64,000 nt of DNA from the human T2T-CHM13v2.0 reference genome, Homo sapiens. Of the stretch, positions 13,041-26,510 are shown piece by piece. Position numbers and translations under genes: made by a program. The stretch is from the NCBI RefSeq assembly GCF_009914755.1, contig NC_060937.1, one strand, 5' to 3'. Numbering within the stretch: position 1 is the first letter of the stretch; every line of letters starts with the position of its first letter. The notes under the pieces were generated by a model. That model ran no database searches. It saw only the letters and a list, made by a program, of their open reading frames with translations, and had not been told where the DNA came from.

Positions 13041-15607
13041 TTAGTACTGTACGACTGCAAGTAATCTGGGATGATTTATTGGTATGACAGTACCAAAGAA
13101 GAAATATGTCTCCTAAAACTGATAGCAGGAAGAGAGAAAAGCCCTGCTTGTTTTTGTAAGGAATCCAGAGTCATCCCTCAAAACCCAAATTAACAATTTA
13201 GATGCTCAATGAAAAGAAAGCTTTAATTAAATGATAATGTTTAATTAAGCAATAAAGTAAGCATTTTTTAAACTAAATTCTAAAAAGGTAACAAGATACA
13301 TAGGCCACAAATTACAAGGCATTCATGTCATTATTTTGAATAATTTTTGTTCAATACTGCAATATACTGGGTCATGTTTAAAACACATTCAGAAAAGTCT
13401 AAAGAGGGTTTGTTTTCTTCAAATAGCAATTGCTGTCCTCAGAAACCCTGCTGACTAACAGTATGTGTTAGATAGAGGGAGAGTAAATAGGTCCCAATTT
13501 GTACTAGATTGACTTTCTTCAGAAACACAGGAAAGTAGAATGACTCCTGACACATACTAAATTAGCAGAATCAGAGTTAGGAAACATGGGAGTAGTAGCA
13601 GGCAGAAGCGGTGCAAACCCACAAATCTATCACATGCCAAGTTAACCCTGTCTGGGACTCTAGGTTTCTCTACTGGGAATGTGGGGGACTGGAGGTGTCT
13701 AAAAGAACAAAGGGGCAAGTTCCTGCCTTTATCCTTACTCCTGTGTTATATCAACACACATGCAGGAAATAATCACTTAGCTGTAGGCTGAAGACATACC
13801 ACATATGAAGCTAGATATGAATTCCTTGACCAAACACACTAGGGATTTGGGACTTAAAACGCACTGAAGGGGCGGTAATAGTAAAATTGTTGAACTTCAA
13901 CAACTATTGTAAATATCAAAAGCAGGTTAAGGCAAGGTCAGAAAAAAAGCAGTGACAGATTAAAATAGGGACTGTTTCTCCCTTAGTCACAGACTGTAAA
14001 GGAAAGGCTAAAAAACAATGCTATATGAAGCCTGTAGGATGCCAAATATAATGAAAATCATGATTGTTTGGGATACAGAAAGCTATCAGCTCATAATATA
14101 ATAATGACCGTTACTTAAAATATACTAGACAAAGGCTTATAAGACTCCAATATATTATAGACACTGCCTTAATGACTAAACATAACTCAGCTTACTCATC
14201 TGACAAAAATTGAGCAATAAAGAATTAGTTCTTTGTACACAACTCTGAGAGAATATTTTCATATAGACCAAAGCCCTATAGTGAATGAAAAGTTCCATTT
14301 TCAAATAATATAAATATCTAATTTATACTTAGCTTTCTCCCCAGACCCTTGCCAAATTAAATGGTTATTCATATACAATCAAGATTCTAAGGGCTCAATT
14401 AATGTAGTTATTAATAAGAAGTCTACTTTACAAGGCACTTTAAGGAACGTCTTCATATTCCACTGTCTAGGAAAAACAAAGAATGTAAGTTCAACAAGGA
14501 CCAAAAAAAAAAAAAAAAAAAAGAAGAAGAAGAAATATCATTAAGTTTATAGAGTAAGTTTAAGCGATATGAAATTATAAAGAGACAAAGATGTACTATT
14601 ATAATGTTGATTCTTATTGGGCATGAATTGTTCTTTTTAAGCAGTGATCACTTATCACAAAGACATTTGTCTTAAAATATATTATATTTTAAGACAGATG
14701 GGTTCACTTACCTGGATTTTTTTTATCCTTAACCATTGCAAAAGGAAGATGTTCATATGACACTGGTAACATGAATAATGCTCTATTACACTTAATATGT
14801 CCTTTAGAGCAGTCAGACATACAAAAGAGCACTCACATGTAGTACCTGTAGTTATGGCCATTCTGAAGGTGTATAATGGGCTCATAGCATCGCTGTTTTC
14901 AGTAAGTGCCATTATTCATGATTATGAAGCCAGGTACTTGCAATACATATGAGAAGAAATTCTCCAGTATTCTATGCAAAACATTTGTATTACGAAATAT
15001 ATTAATTCTAACATATATTAATGTACTACTACATTCATGCACAGAAGAAAAAAGAGACTGCTTAAATGCCTACATTATACCACCCCAAAATATGTTAAAG
15101 CTTTCCTGCTGACAAGCTAACCATATGTAGCCAGCATAGAGTAATTAATTCTCCTAGAAAAATATAACCTAGATTTGTATGAATAATGAGTGTATCTGGC
15201 ACTAGGGACAGGTACCTTGAAAAGATAGAGTAAGTCTATGATGTAATGCAGAACAAAGTGCTACAAGTTCATGAAAATCCCTGACAAGGCAAAGTCAGGA
15301 AATGTAACCTAAAAACAAAGCTTTGAACAACACTTAAAAAAAAAATTAGATGTCCTTTTCCTATTGTTCTTTCTTCCAAGTTTAGATAAATCAGTATTTG
15401 ACTATTATTGAGTAAATGTGTTTTAATAAATATAATTATTGAGTGGGAAAAGAACTTGAAAGGTCACCTGGAGAAGGTGCCTGTCTTTAGTTCACTATTT
15501 AGTCATATGATGACCCCTAGGCCAAATGGTTGCCCTTTTTATTTAACAACAAAATATCATTTAAGGTTAATGTTCCAAGATCTAAATCATGGAATCTATG
15601 ATAATAA

Positions 15608-15914
<307 letters not shown>

Positions 15915-17496
15915 CTTTTCCTCATTATTTGAATCAAACTTTATTTCTTCAGGTGGAATCAAATAAAAAGGGTTAAGAAGGGGGAAAATATATGTATATG
16001 TAAAAAGCCCGACCAATGTTTCCGCATCCTCACCACTTCTCATATTCTATCAACACTGGGGATTTGCATTCTGTTTTCCTGCTAAGAAAACTAAACTTCT
16101 GACTTGTCTAAGACTAAGTGGAAGGCAGAAATGAACTATGGTGCTCAAATAATACTCTGAATGGCAACAGAAAGTCATTTTTAAAAATGAGAAAAAGGAA
16201 AGGGTAAATGAACAATAAACATAAAATGTAAGCTAGTTAATAATTAGAATGCTAGAAGAAATTAGAATTTCATTTTTACAGTTATCCTTTAAATCTATTG
16301 TTACAAAGTCTTGGCAATATAAATTCACGAAACCCAAATCTGACAATAATGAGATGTAATCTGAAGATCAATCCAAAAAAGGAAAAATACATTGATTTCA
16401 CTCCTGTTTTTCCTGAAGGCAGGGAGCAGTACTCCTGTAACCCCCCCACACACAGATGTCATATGTCAGAATGAAGAGATGTTAAAAGCAGTGACTGGTA
16501 AAAATCAAGAAGCAATATCCAGAACCCTAAGGGTAATTTTATTTCAAAATTTTGTTTGTTGGCAATATATGTTGTTAGAGAGGGAACAACGTAAAAAGAC
16601 CTTTAGAAAAATCAATGAACTAACAAGTATTGACTGGGCCCCATTCAGTGCTGTGAGGGGCACAGGAGCCATAGCAGCTGCCCCTGTAGCCCTTATCGTT
16701 GAATTCTTTCTGCCTGTCTTAAGGAGTATAAAGTCAGAAAGGTCCCCAGGAAGATGTAATCTCTCAAAATCTCATTATGGTTCTATTTTTCACATATAAT
16801 TTTATCCATTATTCTATAAGGAAAAAAATCATTTTTTACATCAACTTTGTTTAACACCATATCTACTTCTCTTTATACATTTTCTTTTATAAATACAGGT
16901 TGTCAGATGTTTTTTTCCCCCGTCCTACTATGCAGACTTAACATGGCACACCTCAGAAGGATTTATTTTTTATTCTTTTTTATTCTTCCCTGAAGTTATT
17001 ATGAAACTTCACTGTTCACTTAACTCTCTAACAGTATAGTAACCTGCTGACTGGGAAGTTACTGGCCTCGGTCTTAATTTATAATACTCTAAAAGCATTA
17101 GTTCATCTACTTTGTAGATATCACATTATACGAAATAACAGAAAAGCATTTCAGGAAGGTGAAATGACTCTTTCAAGTCACCTGGCTAGTAGGACCCAGG
17201 CCTAGAGCTAACTTGCTGCTAATCAACTGTCCTTACCACTCAGAGCATCGCAATGTGGAAATTAAGAACCACAATTTACAAACCATCTGGAACTCAAGCT
17301 TCCTCTGCTATGTTTTCTAGTAAGAATGAACTTTAATTTCTTCACAGTAGTTATCAAGTAACACCCTGCAATGAGCTCTGCCTGCCACCTGTACTATCTC
17401 AATATTTCTTACCTTCCTCCTTAATATACCCAACTACCTCCTATTGTGCTGAATCTTTAATACTTTTTCAGATCTACTTTTGTTGTCTCTCCACAT

Positions 17497-17997
17497 CAGG
17501 GATCCCACACCAGTAACTGTTAGAAAACAGGCTGCATAGTAGGAGGTGAGCAGCGGGCCTGAGCGAGCAGGTGAAGCTTCATCTGTATTTATAGCTGCTC
17601 CCTATTGCTTGCATTACCACCTGAGCTTGACCTCCTGTGAGATCAGTAGTGACATTAGATTCTCATAGGAGCGAGAACCCTGTTGTGAACTATGCACGCA
17701 AAAGATCTAGGTTGCATGCTCCTTATGAGAATCTAATGCCTGGATGATCTGTCGCTGTCTCCTATCACCCTCAGATGGGTCCATTTAGTTGCAGGAAAAC
17801 AAGCTCAGGGCTCCCACTGATTCTACATTATGGTGAGTTGTATAATTATTTCATTATATAGTACAATGTAATAATAGAAATAAATGCACAATAAATGTAA
17901 TATGGTTGAATCATCCCAAAACCATCCCCCTGCCATCTATGAAAAAAGTGTCTTCCATGAAACCATTCACTGGTGCTAAAAAGGTTGAGGACTGCTG
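17497..17997 (+). mobile_element. MER1A hAT-Charlie DNA transposon derivative
   Basis: Matches recalled MER1A text throughout (gaagcttcatctgtattta; cattagattctcatagga; aaaaaggttgaggactgctg). 8-bp TSD ctccacat/ctccacac. Confidence 0.92.
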
Positions 17998-19134
17998 CTC
18001 CACACTACACTCTCCACTCATACTCTCCTATTAGCTAATTCTTCAGTTCTCTATGGGAGAGGTATGATAAGCAAGAAGAATGTGAAAAAACAAATGCAGT
18101 TTTATGAAAGACAAGAGAAAATACTTTGAGAAAGTAATGTGATCTAATACATCACAGAATTAAGACACTAGAGAAAAAATTTTTGAGCTTGATTTTTCTA
18201 ATGATATAAAAAATATCTTTCATTGTTAACAGACCAATATGTTCATGATCTCCAGAATTCTCAGAAAAAAACACAAGTTCATTTCACTTGGAGAAAGGCT
18301 TCAAAAAAAAAAAAAAAGCTATTCAAGTGACTTATGCCTGAGGTAATACTCAGAATATCAAAACTGTTTTTAAAATAAATGTACTCTTACGATATTAAAG
18401 CTGCTATGCTAAAGTTATTTAAGAAAACTATACAAAAACAAAGTACATATGGTATAATTTTTACATATTTCATAGGAGAAAGGTAAAGCCAAGGCTTGTA
18501 CAAAAATATTAAAAGGCTAAAATGTATATTCCTCCACTTAGTCAAGAAATAAACAATTGGCTATAGACATTAGAGACTGCTGCACCTTTGTTTATAAATC
18601 CTTATCAATTCTGGATCACTAAGGATTTCACAGGAGGTCCAAATGAGTTCTGAAGATACTCAGGATCATCAAGTGGTAAAGCTATGATTGGTAAAGCTAA
18701 AGAACAAAGAGACTTCCTATTTAATTTGGCAGTCTCAGCACACAGTCTTAACACATAAGTTTCATATCTCTTGAATTAAAAAGCTGGCATAAACCCCAGA
18801 ATCATATTAGTGTCTTAAATTCATTCATGCCCGCTTCCAGACAATCCCCATCCCATCGTAGAAAACCAGTGTTTTGATTTCAATCACTATAGCTTAGTTT
18901 TGCCTGTTCTTGAAATTTATATTAATGAAACTATACGGTAAACAGTTTATATAGCTGGCTTCTTTCACTAAAAAAAAAAAAAAAAAAAAAAAGACTGAGA
19001 TTTATACACACGTTGTATAATTCAGTACTTTGTTCCTTTTTATTAATAGATTTCCATGCAAGAATATACCAAAATTTGTGTATCTACTTTCCTGCTGATG
19101 GACTTTCCCCCCAACCCACCCCAGTTTGGAGCTA

Positions 19135-19518
19135 TGTAGTGAGTTGAATTGAACAGAGACCCACAAAAGGTATGTCTAAATCCTAACCTCTGCTACCTTG
19201 AATGTGATCATATTTGGAAACAGTTTTAGCATACGTAATTAAATTAAGAATCTCAAGATGAAATCATCCTGGATTTAGGGTGAGCCCTAGACTGGAGTGA
19301 TACATCTACCCAGAAACGCCAAGGATCGTGAGTAGATTAATGAAGCTAGCAGAGTGGTATGGATCAGATTCTCACTCAGAGACTCTGGAAGAAAGGAACC
19401 CTACCAATGCCTTCATTTATGACTTCTGGACCCCAGAAATGTGATAGCATAAATCTCTGTTGTTTTAAGCCACCAAGATCGTAGACATTTGTGGCGGCAA
19501 CCCTAAGAAACTAATACA
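19135..19518 (+). mobile_element. MLT1 (MLT1B/C-like) MaLR solo LTR
   Basis: TG...CA ends, taaatctctgttgttttaagccacc, gaaactaataca; 5-bp TSD agcta/ggcta. Confidence 0.85.
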
Positions 19519-21604
19519 GGCTATTTTAATACTTTCGTATGAGTGTTTTCATTTCTATTAAATTAGTAAAAAATATAGTACAAATGTATACCTAACCTAA
19601 AACATTGCCAAAGTGTTTTTGCAAAGTAGGTTATATGATTTTATATTCCTTTTACCAACTTATGTTTTATTCTAGTTATCTTTTATCTTTTCATGTTTAG
19701 GTCCGTACTCCATTCCTCTAATTATTCAGTAAGGTGTGATGCAGGAGTTGAGATTCATTTTAGTCCCTAAGATGTATAGACTTTACAAAACTATTTGATA
19801 CAAAGAACATCATTGAATATCAAATGATGGTATTTTTGTGGGTCTATTTCTAACCTTCTAGAAAGCTTAGTTGTATATCCTTAAGCCAAAACTTTTGCCT
19901 TGATGTTAAATCAGTAGTTTAGGTCCACCAAGTTTGTTGTTCTTTAAAATTGGTTTTCTATATTCTATGTCCTTTGCATACCATATGAATTTTAGAAATC
20001 ATTTGTCAATTTCTATAATAAAACCTGCTGAGATTTTGATTGGGAATGTGTGAAATTCCTAGGTCATGTGAGGGAGAAATGAAATCTTAACAATACCAAC
20101 TCTTCCAGTCTATAAGCATAATAAATACCATTTCTTTACAACTTCTTTCATTTCTCTCAGCAATATCTTACAGTTTTCAGTAGAAAATCTGCACATATTT
20201 AGTGAAATGTATCCCAAAGTATTTTTAGTTTTTTTTATGACATTGTAAATAATACTATTTTAATTACATTTAAATTTTTGCTGTTTGTAGAAAAAAATAA
20301 CTATTTTTGGTACACTGACTGTATTCTATGACCTTTTTCAATTCACATAGACAATTAGGTCAGCTGAAAAAAAGAAAAAGATGGTATACTTTCTTTCCTC
20401 TAATGTATTCATCTTTTATGTTTTCTTGTTACACAGACTAGTACATTATAATGCTGAAAGGAAGTAATGCAAATAGACACCTTTACCAGGTTCTCAACCA
20501 TAAAAGACAAGTCATCTAATCATTCACCCTTAAGTTGAGTATAACTCCAGGTTTCTCATGGATGTCCTTTATCAAAATGAGGAAGTTTCCTTCTATTTCT
20601 AGTTTGTTGAGTTTTTTCATAAAAAATGACTGAATTCTGTCAAATGCGTCTTATTTCGCATGTATTTAGGTAATTATGATTTTTCTCATAATTACCTTGT
20701 ATTTTTTTATCTGATAATATGGCTAACTAATTAATTTTGAAATGTAAAACCAACCCTGCATTCCTGGGATCAATTCCATGTGGTCATAACATACTCTCCT
20801 TATTAAGTTCAGCAATATTTGATGCAAAAATATTTTGTTGACAACTTTTGCATCTATGTTCATATATGATATTAGTTTCTAGTTTTGCTGTAGTAGATTC
20901 CCTTCTTTGATTCCTGATACCAGTAGTTTGAGAATTTGGTTGTCTTTTTCAGCGCTTCATTTTCATTTGGCTCAAAATAATTCCTTCTTTGGCCCACCGG
21001 TAATTTTAAATTAGGTTATGCAATTTTTAGACTGTGGTAGATGTTCTATTATTGTTGTTGTCTAACTTAATTCTGTTATACACAGAAAACATACCCTGCA
21101 AGATATCTATATTTTGAAAATTACTGAGGCTTATTTTATATTCCCATATGGTCTACCTTGGTAAACATTTGATATGCGTTTAAAAATAATGTGTATTTTG
21201 CAGTTGTTGTAGATAGTGTTCTATAAATATCAGAACAAGTTGGATGATAGAAGTATCTTGATTTTCTAAGAATTTACTGATTTTTTTTGTACACTTTTTC
21301 TAGAATTTATTCAAAGAGGAGTGTTAAAGTCTCATTATGATTGAGAATTTGTATATTTTTCCATTTTTTTCTGCCAGGTTTTGCTTCATAAATTTTGATG
21401 CTCAATTTTTAGGCATACATATTTAAAATGATTATCTCTTCCTGGCAAGTTATTATTTTTGTTATTGTATACTGATACTTCATTTCTTATAATATAGTTT
21501 GCCTTGAAAGATACCTTCTTGGAAATACACATACCCATGATATTTTTCATGTGCTATTTTATTACTATTTGTTTTCCATATGTCCTTTCTGCCTTTTTCC
21601 CCAC

Positions 21605-21969
21605 TGCTATGTTTGAGTGTTTGTGTCCCACCAAACATAAATGTTGAGAACTTACTCACCAGTGTGATAGGATTATGACATGGGGCCTTTGGGGGTGATT
21701 GGATCATGAGGGCAGAGTCCTCATGAATGGGATTAGCACCCTCATAAAAGAGGGTCCAGAGAGCTGCCTTGTCCCTCCACCATCTCAGAACACAGATAGA
21801 AGGCAACATATATGAATCAGAAATAAGTGGGCCCTCACCAGAAATGGAGTCGGCCAGCACCCTGATCATGGAAGTCCCGGCTTCCAGAACTGTGAAAAAT
21901 AAATTTCAGTTGTTTATAATCCATTCAGTTTACAGTATTTTGTTACAGCAGCCAAAATAGACCAAGACA
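21605..21969 (+). mobile_element. MaLR solo LTR (MSTC/MSTD/MLT1A-like)
   Basis: tgctatg...ggatcatgagggcagagtcctcatgaatgggattag...cagcagccaaaatagaccaagaca. Confidence 0.85.
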
Positions 21970-24900
21970 ACCTCTTTTATCCCTTTTCTGCTTTGTGTTA
22001 GTCAAGCAATTTTTAGTATTCTATTTCGTCTACTGGCTTAACTATGCCTCTTTTTATATTTTCTCTGGTTTGTCTAGGATTAATACATCTTAATGTATCA
22101 ATCTAATTGGAATTATAAACCCTGTTACGCAATGTTTTTTATTACAAATTTTCTTTCAAAAAATCATAAGAAAAAAGGTTTTATTTACTATTTCAGGTAC
22201 TCTTCATTACTTTTTGTAGATCTGAGTTTCCATCTGGCATATTTCCCTTTTGCCTGAAGGACAACTTTTAGCATTTCTTGTAGGGTAGGAATTACTGTCA
22301 CAAACTCTTTCAGCTTTTATAATACTAAAAATGTCTTCATGTCACCTTATTTTTTTTTAAGACATCCATTAGATAGAGAATTCTGAGTTTACAGGGTATT
22401 TTTTTAACACCTTTCTGTTGAGCTTCTTGCATTTTAAACTCTTCTGTTGACTTCTGCTGTCTATTACTTCTATGAAGCCAGCAAAATCTTTTATCTTTGT
22501 TTTCCTACATGTACTGTGCCTTTTATCTTTTTCCTCCCCTCAAGATACTTTTATCATTTTCTCTTTTTCTTTGGTTTTCCACAGTTTTACTAGGCTGTGC
22601 CATGATATCTTTTTCTCTTTATATTTTTCCTAGTTGGGATCTGCTGAGCCTCTTAAACCCTAAGTTTATGTTTTTCACTGAATGAGACTTTTTTGTCCAT
22701 TATTTCTTCAAATATTTTGTCAGCCACAATCTTACTCTCTTATCCTTTGGGGACTCCAGTTACAGGTATTTTAGACTGAATGATATCTACCCAATAATAC
22801 CTGCTGTTTATTACTTTATTCAGTCTTTCTTCCTACATAACTAAGAGAAAATAATCACTATAAAACTGCCTTCGAATTTCACTGACTCCTCTGCCATCTC
22901 CAATATACTATTAAACCCACATACTAAAATTTTTAATTTAGTTATTGAACTTTTCAATAATTTCTATATAGCAATTTTTTTTATAGTCTTCATTTCCCTG
23001 CAAATATTCCTTAATTATGACCATGTTTTTCTTTAATTCTTTGAAGATCATTTGCTTTAGTTCTTTGAACATATTTGTAGTATCCTTATTTTGTCTTTGC
23101 AAGTGAAATCCAAAACCTGGGCCATTTTGGACTTCTTTTTTTCTTGATAATACATCCCATTTTATTATTCTTTAATTTTTAATTCAATATTGCATTCAAT
23201 ATTGAATACTTACTTACATATAACCACTCTCAGTTCTGTAATATCCCATTGAAAACTATTTGTTCTTATTTGAGCAGTCAAATCAATCACTGGGTGATCA
23301 TCTTAAGTTGTATAGTTCACTATAAACTTTGTTAGTGTAGCTCTCTGGAAAGTAAGATTTGTTTTCTTAGACCCTCTAACTTAGTGAAACTCAATCTCCA
23401 ACCTGTTTTCCCTGGGGAGTTCATCAAGACGTGCTATAGGTTTTATTAGGGTGGGTCTAGACTAGGTCTTTAGGGTGTGGCCCTACTTCCTAAAGCACCA
23501 GCTTTTCCTTATTTGATTGAATGTCAAATATGCTAATGAAGTGTTAAGATGATCTCTGTAATTTGGCAGAGCCAGAAGTACAAAGCTGAACCTCTAGTAT
23601 CTCTGTTCCACTCTCACCCTGTAGCAGCTGCTATCTGGCTAGTCTTGCTCAGTGTATGAACACTCCAGCTCCCAGGCACAGACACAAGGGAGATACCCAC
23701 GTGGACTACTGGAGTTCCTTTCTGCACAATTCCTTCCCCATTAGTGCTCTGCCCTGTAGATACCAGCTGTTTCACTGCCATAAATTCTGATCTTTGCCTC
23801 CTCAGCTCAGAGAACTATATTCTCTGCTAGAACTCAAATCTCTGTAATTTAAGTGGAAAACTGTCACCAAGCCAAAGGCTGAGTATTCATGAAACTTTTA
23901 AGTTTCTGTTCTCTCAAGAACTGCAGCTTTTCTCTACTGGCTGCTCACTGTCTGAAAACAGTTGACCTGGATATTTTGTCCAGTTTTATCACCGTTAGCA
24001 GTTTATATATGTTTTGTTATATGTATTCCTAAGCATTTTTTAAGTTTTCTGATGTTGATGTCAACGTAATTTTTACAACTTTTTACTATAATTTCCGTTT
24101 TTAAAATACAAAAAAAAAAATCCTGTACCCAAATTAAACATGCTGTCCACATACTGCTTCACTTAATTCATCATATTCTTTCTCTCTTCTTCTCCACATA
24201 TATACATATATGTATGTATATATGTATGTATGTATAAGGTGCTCTCCACAAGTTTTTCCAATGTTAAATTACTGTTTCTTTCCTTTATAATTAATAGTTT
24301 ATGGGGAGCTGTTTCGAGGCTATGTAAATAGTATGTATATAACCTATTTTCACCAAATTTTCACATTTGTATCAACAGAGATAGCACACTAACTAGAAAA
24401 ATACAGAATCTACTCAACTTTATTAAAACTGAACTTTACGGACCCTTTCAGAAACAGCAGTACCTTCAAGAGCATGACATAAAAGTGCAAATGAACCAGA
24501 ATATATCTACAATAATTTCACTTTAAGCCACAACTGCAACAAAATTGTCTAACTTCAGTGATTTAGTTCCATAAGTCCAGCCTCCTCTTTTCCATTATGT
24601 TTCCAAAATAGTCTTACAAGAGTATAGGTAAAGCAAATCTCAAACCTCATAATGAGATTTGAAGAGTACAGAAAAATGATTCCTAGGCACTAGATGAAAG
24701 TCAGATCTAAAAGCAACCTTAAAACAATGTTGTTTGCAAAGTGATGAATCACAAGAGACCTTTTTGCTTATAACTACAAAATGCTTTAGGCTGTATTTCA
24801 AATGAATGATGCATGGCTGGTAATTAGTATGTGACTATAATGATGTTTTGTTTTGTTTTTCCAAATGAAAGAAATTAAGCAGATTGTGCCATAAAATTTC

Positions 24901-25879
24901 AACACTACATAGATGGTCTAACTAGAAAGCATCATGTTTCCATACCAAAAAAACCCCAAAAATTATCATCAAAAAAAAAAACAATCTACAATTCTATGAT
25001 AAAATAAAATGCCCCCACTTTTTAGCAGGAATTTAGTGGGGAAGTGGGGATTTTAGATTTTAAATCCCATATAAGAAAAAGCAGAAACTAAGAAAATTTT
25101 GAAAAACGTACTTTGAATTAGCCATCAATTCAAGTTCCTGCTTAAATATTCTAGGTAATTTTTTACCTCGAAGTTAATCTTCAGCTATTAAAAATAAATT
25201 GCAGAAGCATTTAAACAGGGAAACCACTGCTAAAAGCAACTTTAAGTACAGTAGGTACCTATAGCAAACAGAAACACAAGAGTGATTGCCACCATAAGAA
25301 ATGAAGTATGGCCTTAGTGTCAAAAAAGCATGGTTCATAGCTGAGCTGTAATAGTTACCGGTTGAGTAAACAGGTCAAAAAGTTGCCTAATCTATGTGAT
25401 GGTAATGCCTATTTCTGCAGTTATATGAAAATGAGACTTAACTTTACTCATTCATTGTGTATCAAATATTTATTGAACCCTTATTTATGTGTCAAACACT
25501 GATTTAGGACCTGAAAATTCATATTAAACAAACAAACAAACAAGCAACAACAACAACAACAAAACAAGAACCTGGTGCACATGGAATATACCATAAGTAA
25601 GCAGAGGGAGAAGGGGAGAAAAAGAGATAGAAAAACAACAAACAAATCAGATCATTTTAAACAAAAATAAACGCTATAAATAAATGAAAAAGAGGGTAAC
25701 ATAGATAGAGAATGATGGGGGGCAGCATCATTATAATGAAAACTTCTATAAGGAAGTGGCATTTGGGCCCAAGAGGAAACAGCAAGAGGAAAACCTAAAA
25801 TGAGAACAAGAAAATGTATATAGCTCAAACAGTGGAAAAGGACAAGGGTAGTAAAAGTTGGGATTAAAGAAACAGAGAC

Positions 25880-26510
25880 TACATTATCTTATAAATTATC
25901 ATGAAACTGGAAACCATTAGAAGGGTCAAAGAAAAAACTGAAAGAATTCATTGGCACTAAAAGAAATGTTAAAAGCATTTCTTCAGGAAGAAAGGAAGTG
26001 ATTTCAGATAGAAGTCTAGATTTATAAAATGATGTGAATAACACTGGAAATGGTATATAGGTAAGTAGATATAAAAGACTCTTTTTAAAAAATAAAAAGA
26101 CTTAAAATTTCTTTCAAAAAGAAATACTCCAAGTCCTAAAGCACCAATAATATAGCAAAACAAAGAATAAGAGTGAATAAGTCAAAAAAGATAACATAGA
26201 CTCATTAAAAATACTCAATCCAAAAGAAGGTAGAAAAAGAGTAGCAAAGAATAGATGAGATAAATAGAAAATAAAGAGTAAGATGCTAGATTTAAACCCT
26301 GCCATATGAATAACCAGATTAAATTAAAATGGTCTAAACACTTCAATTAAAAGGCAGAAATGGTCAGACTGGATTAAAAAGCAAAACTCAATAGACTGCC
26401 TATAAAAACTGTAGGTTAAAAGATAAAGGATAGAAAAAGGCATAGCATGCAATCACTAATCAAAATAAAGCTGAAGTGGCTATATTAAGATAACACAAAG
26501 TAAGTTTCAG
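25880..26510 (+). mobile_element. Old L1 fragment (ORF1 end / inter-ORF / ORF2 start)
   Basis: aatggtctaaacacttcaattaaaaggcagaaatggtcagactggattaaaaagc encodes the L1 endonuclease N-terminus (NGLNTSIKRQ...WIKK). Confidence 0.75.

Larger units (their letters stand above)
18830..24400 (-). mobile_element. Highly decayed ancient L1 (L1MC-ME class) region with nested MaLR LTRs
   Basis: Reverse L1 motifs (ttagttttgcctgttcttgaa; gaggaagtttccttctatttctagttt; ttttagcatttcttgtagg). Boundaries are approximate and more than one element may be present. Confidence 0.7.

Noticed and set aside
16392-16799. 135-aa + strand ORF in non-Alu DNA
   Set aside because: Non-ATG (TTG) start, no recognisable domain and antisense to the host gene; consistent with chance.
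21480-21869. 129-aa minus-strand ORF
   Set aside because: Mostly an antisense translation of a MaLR LTR.
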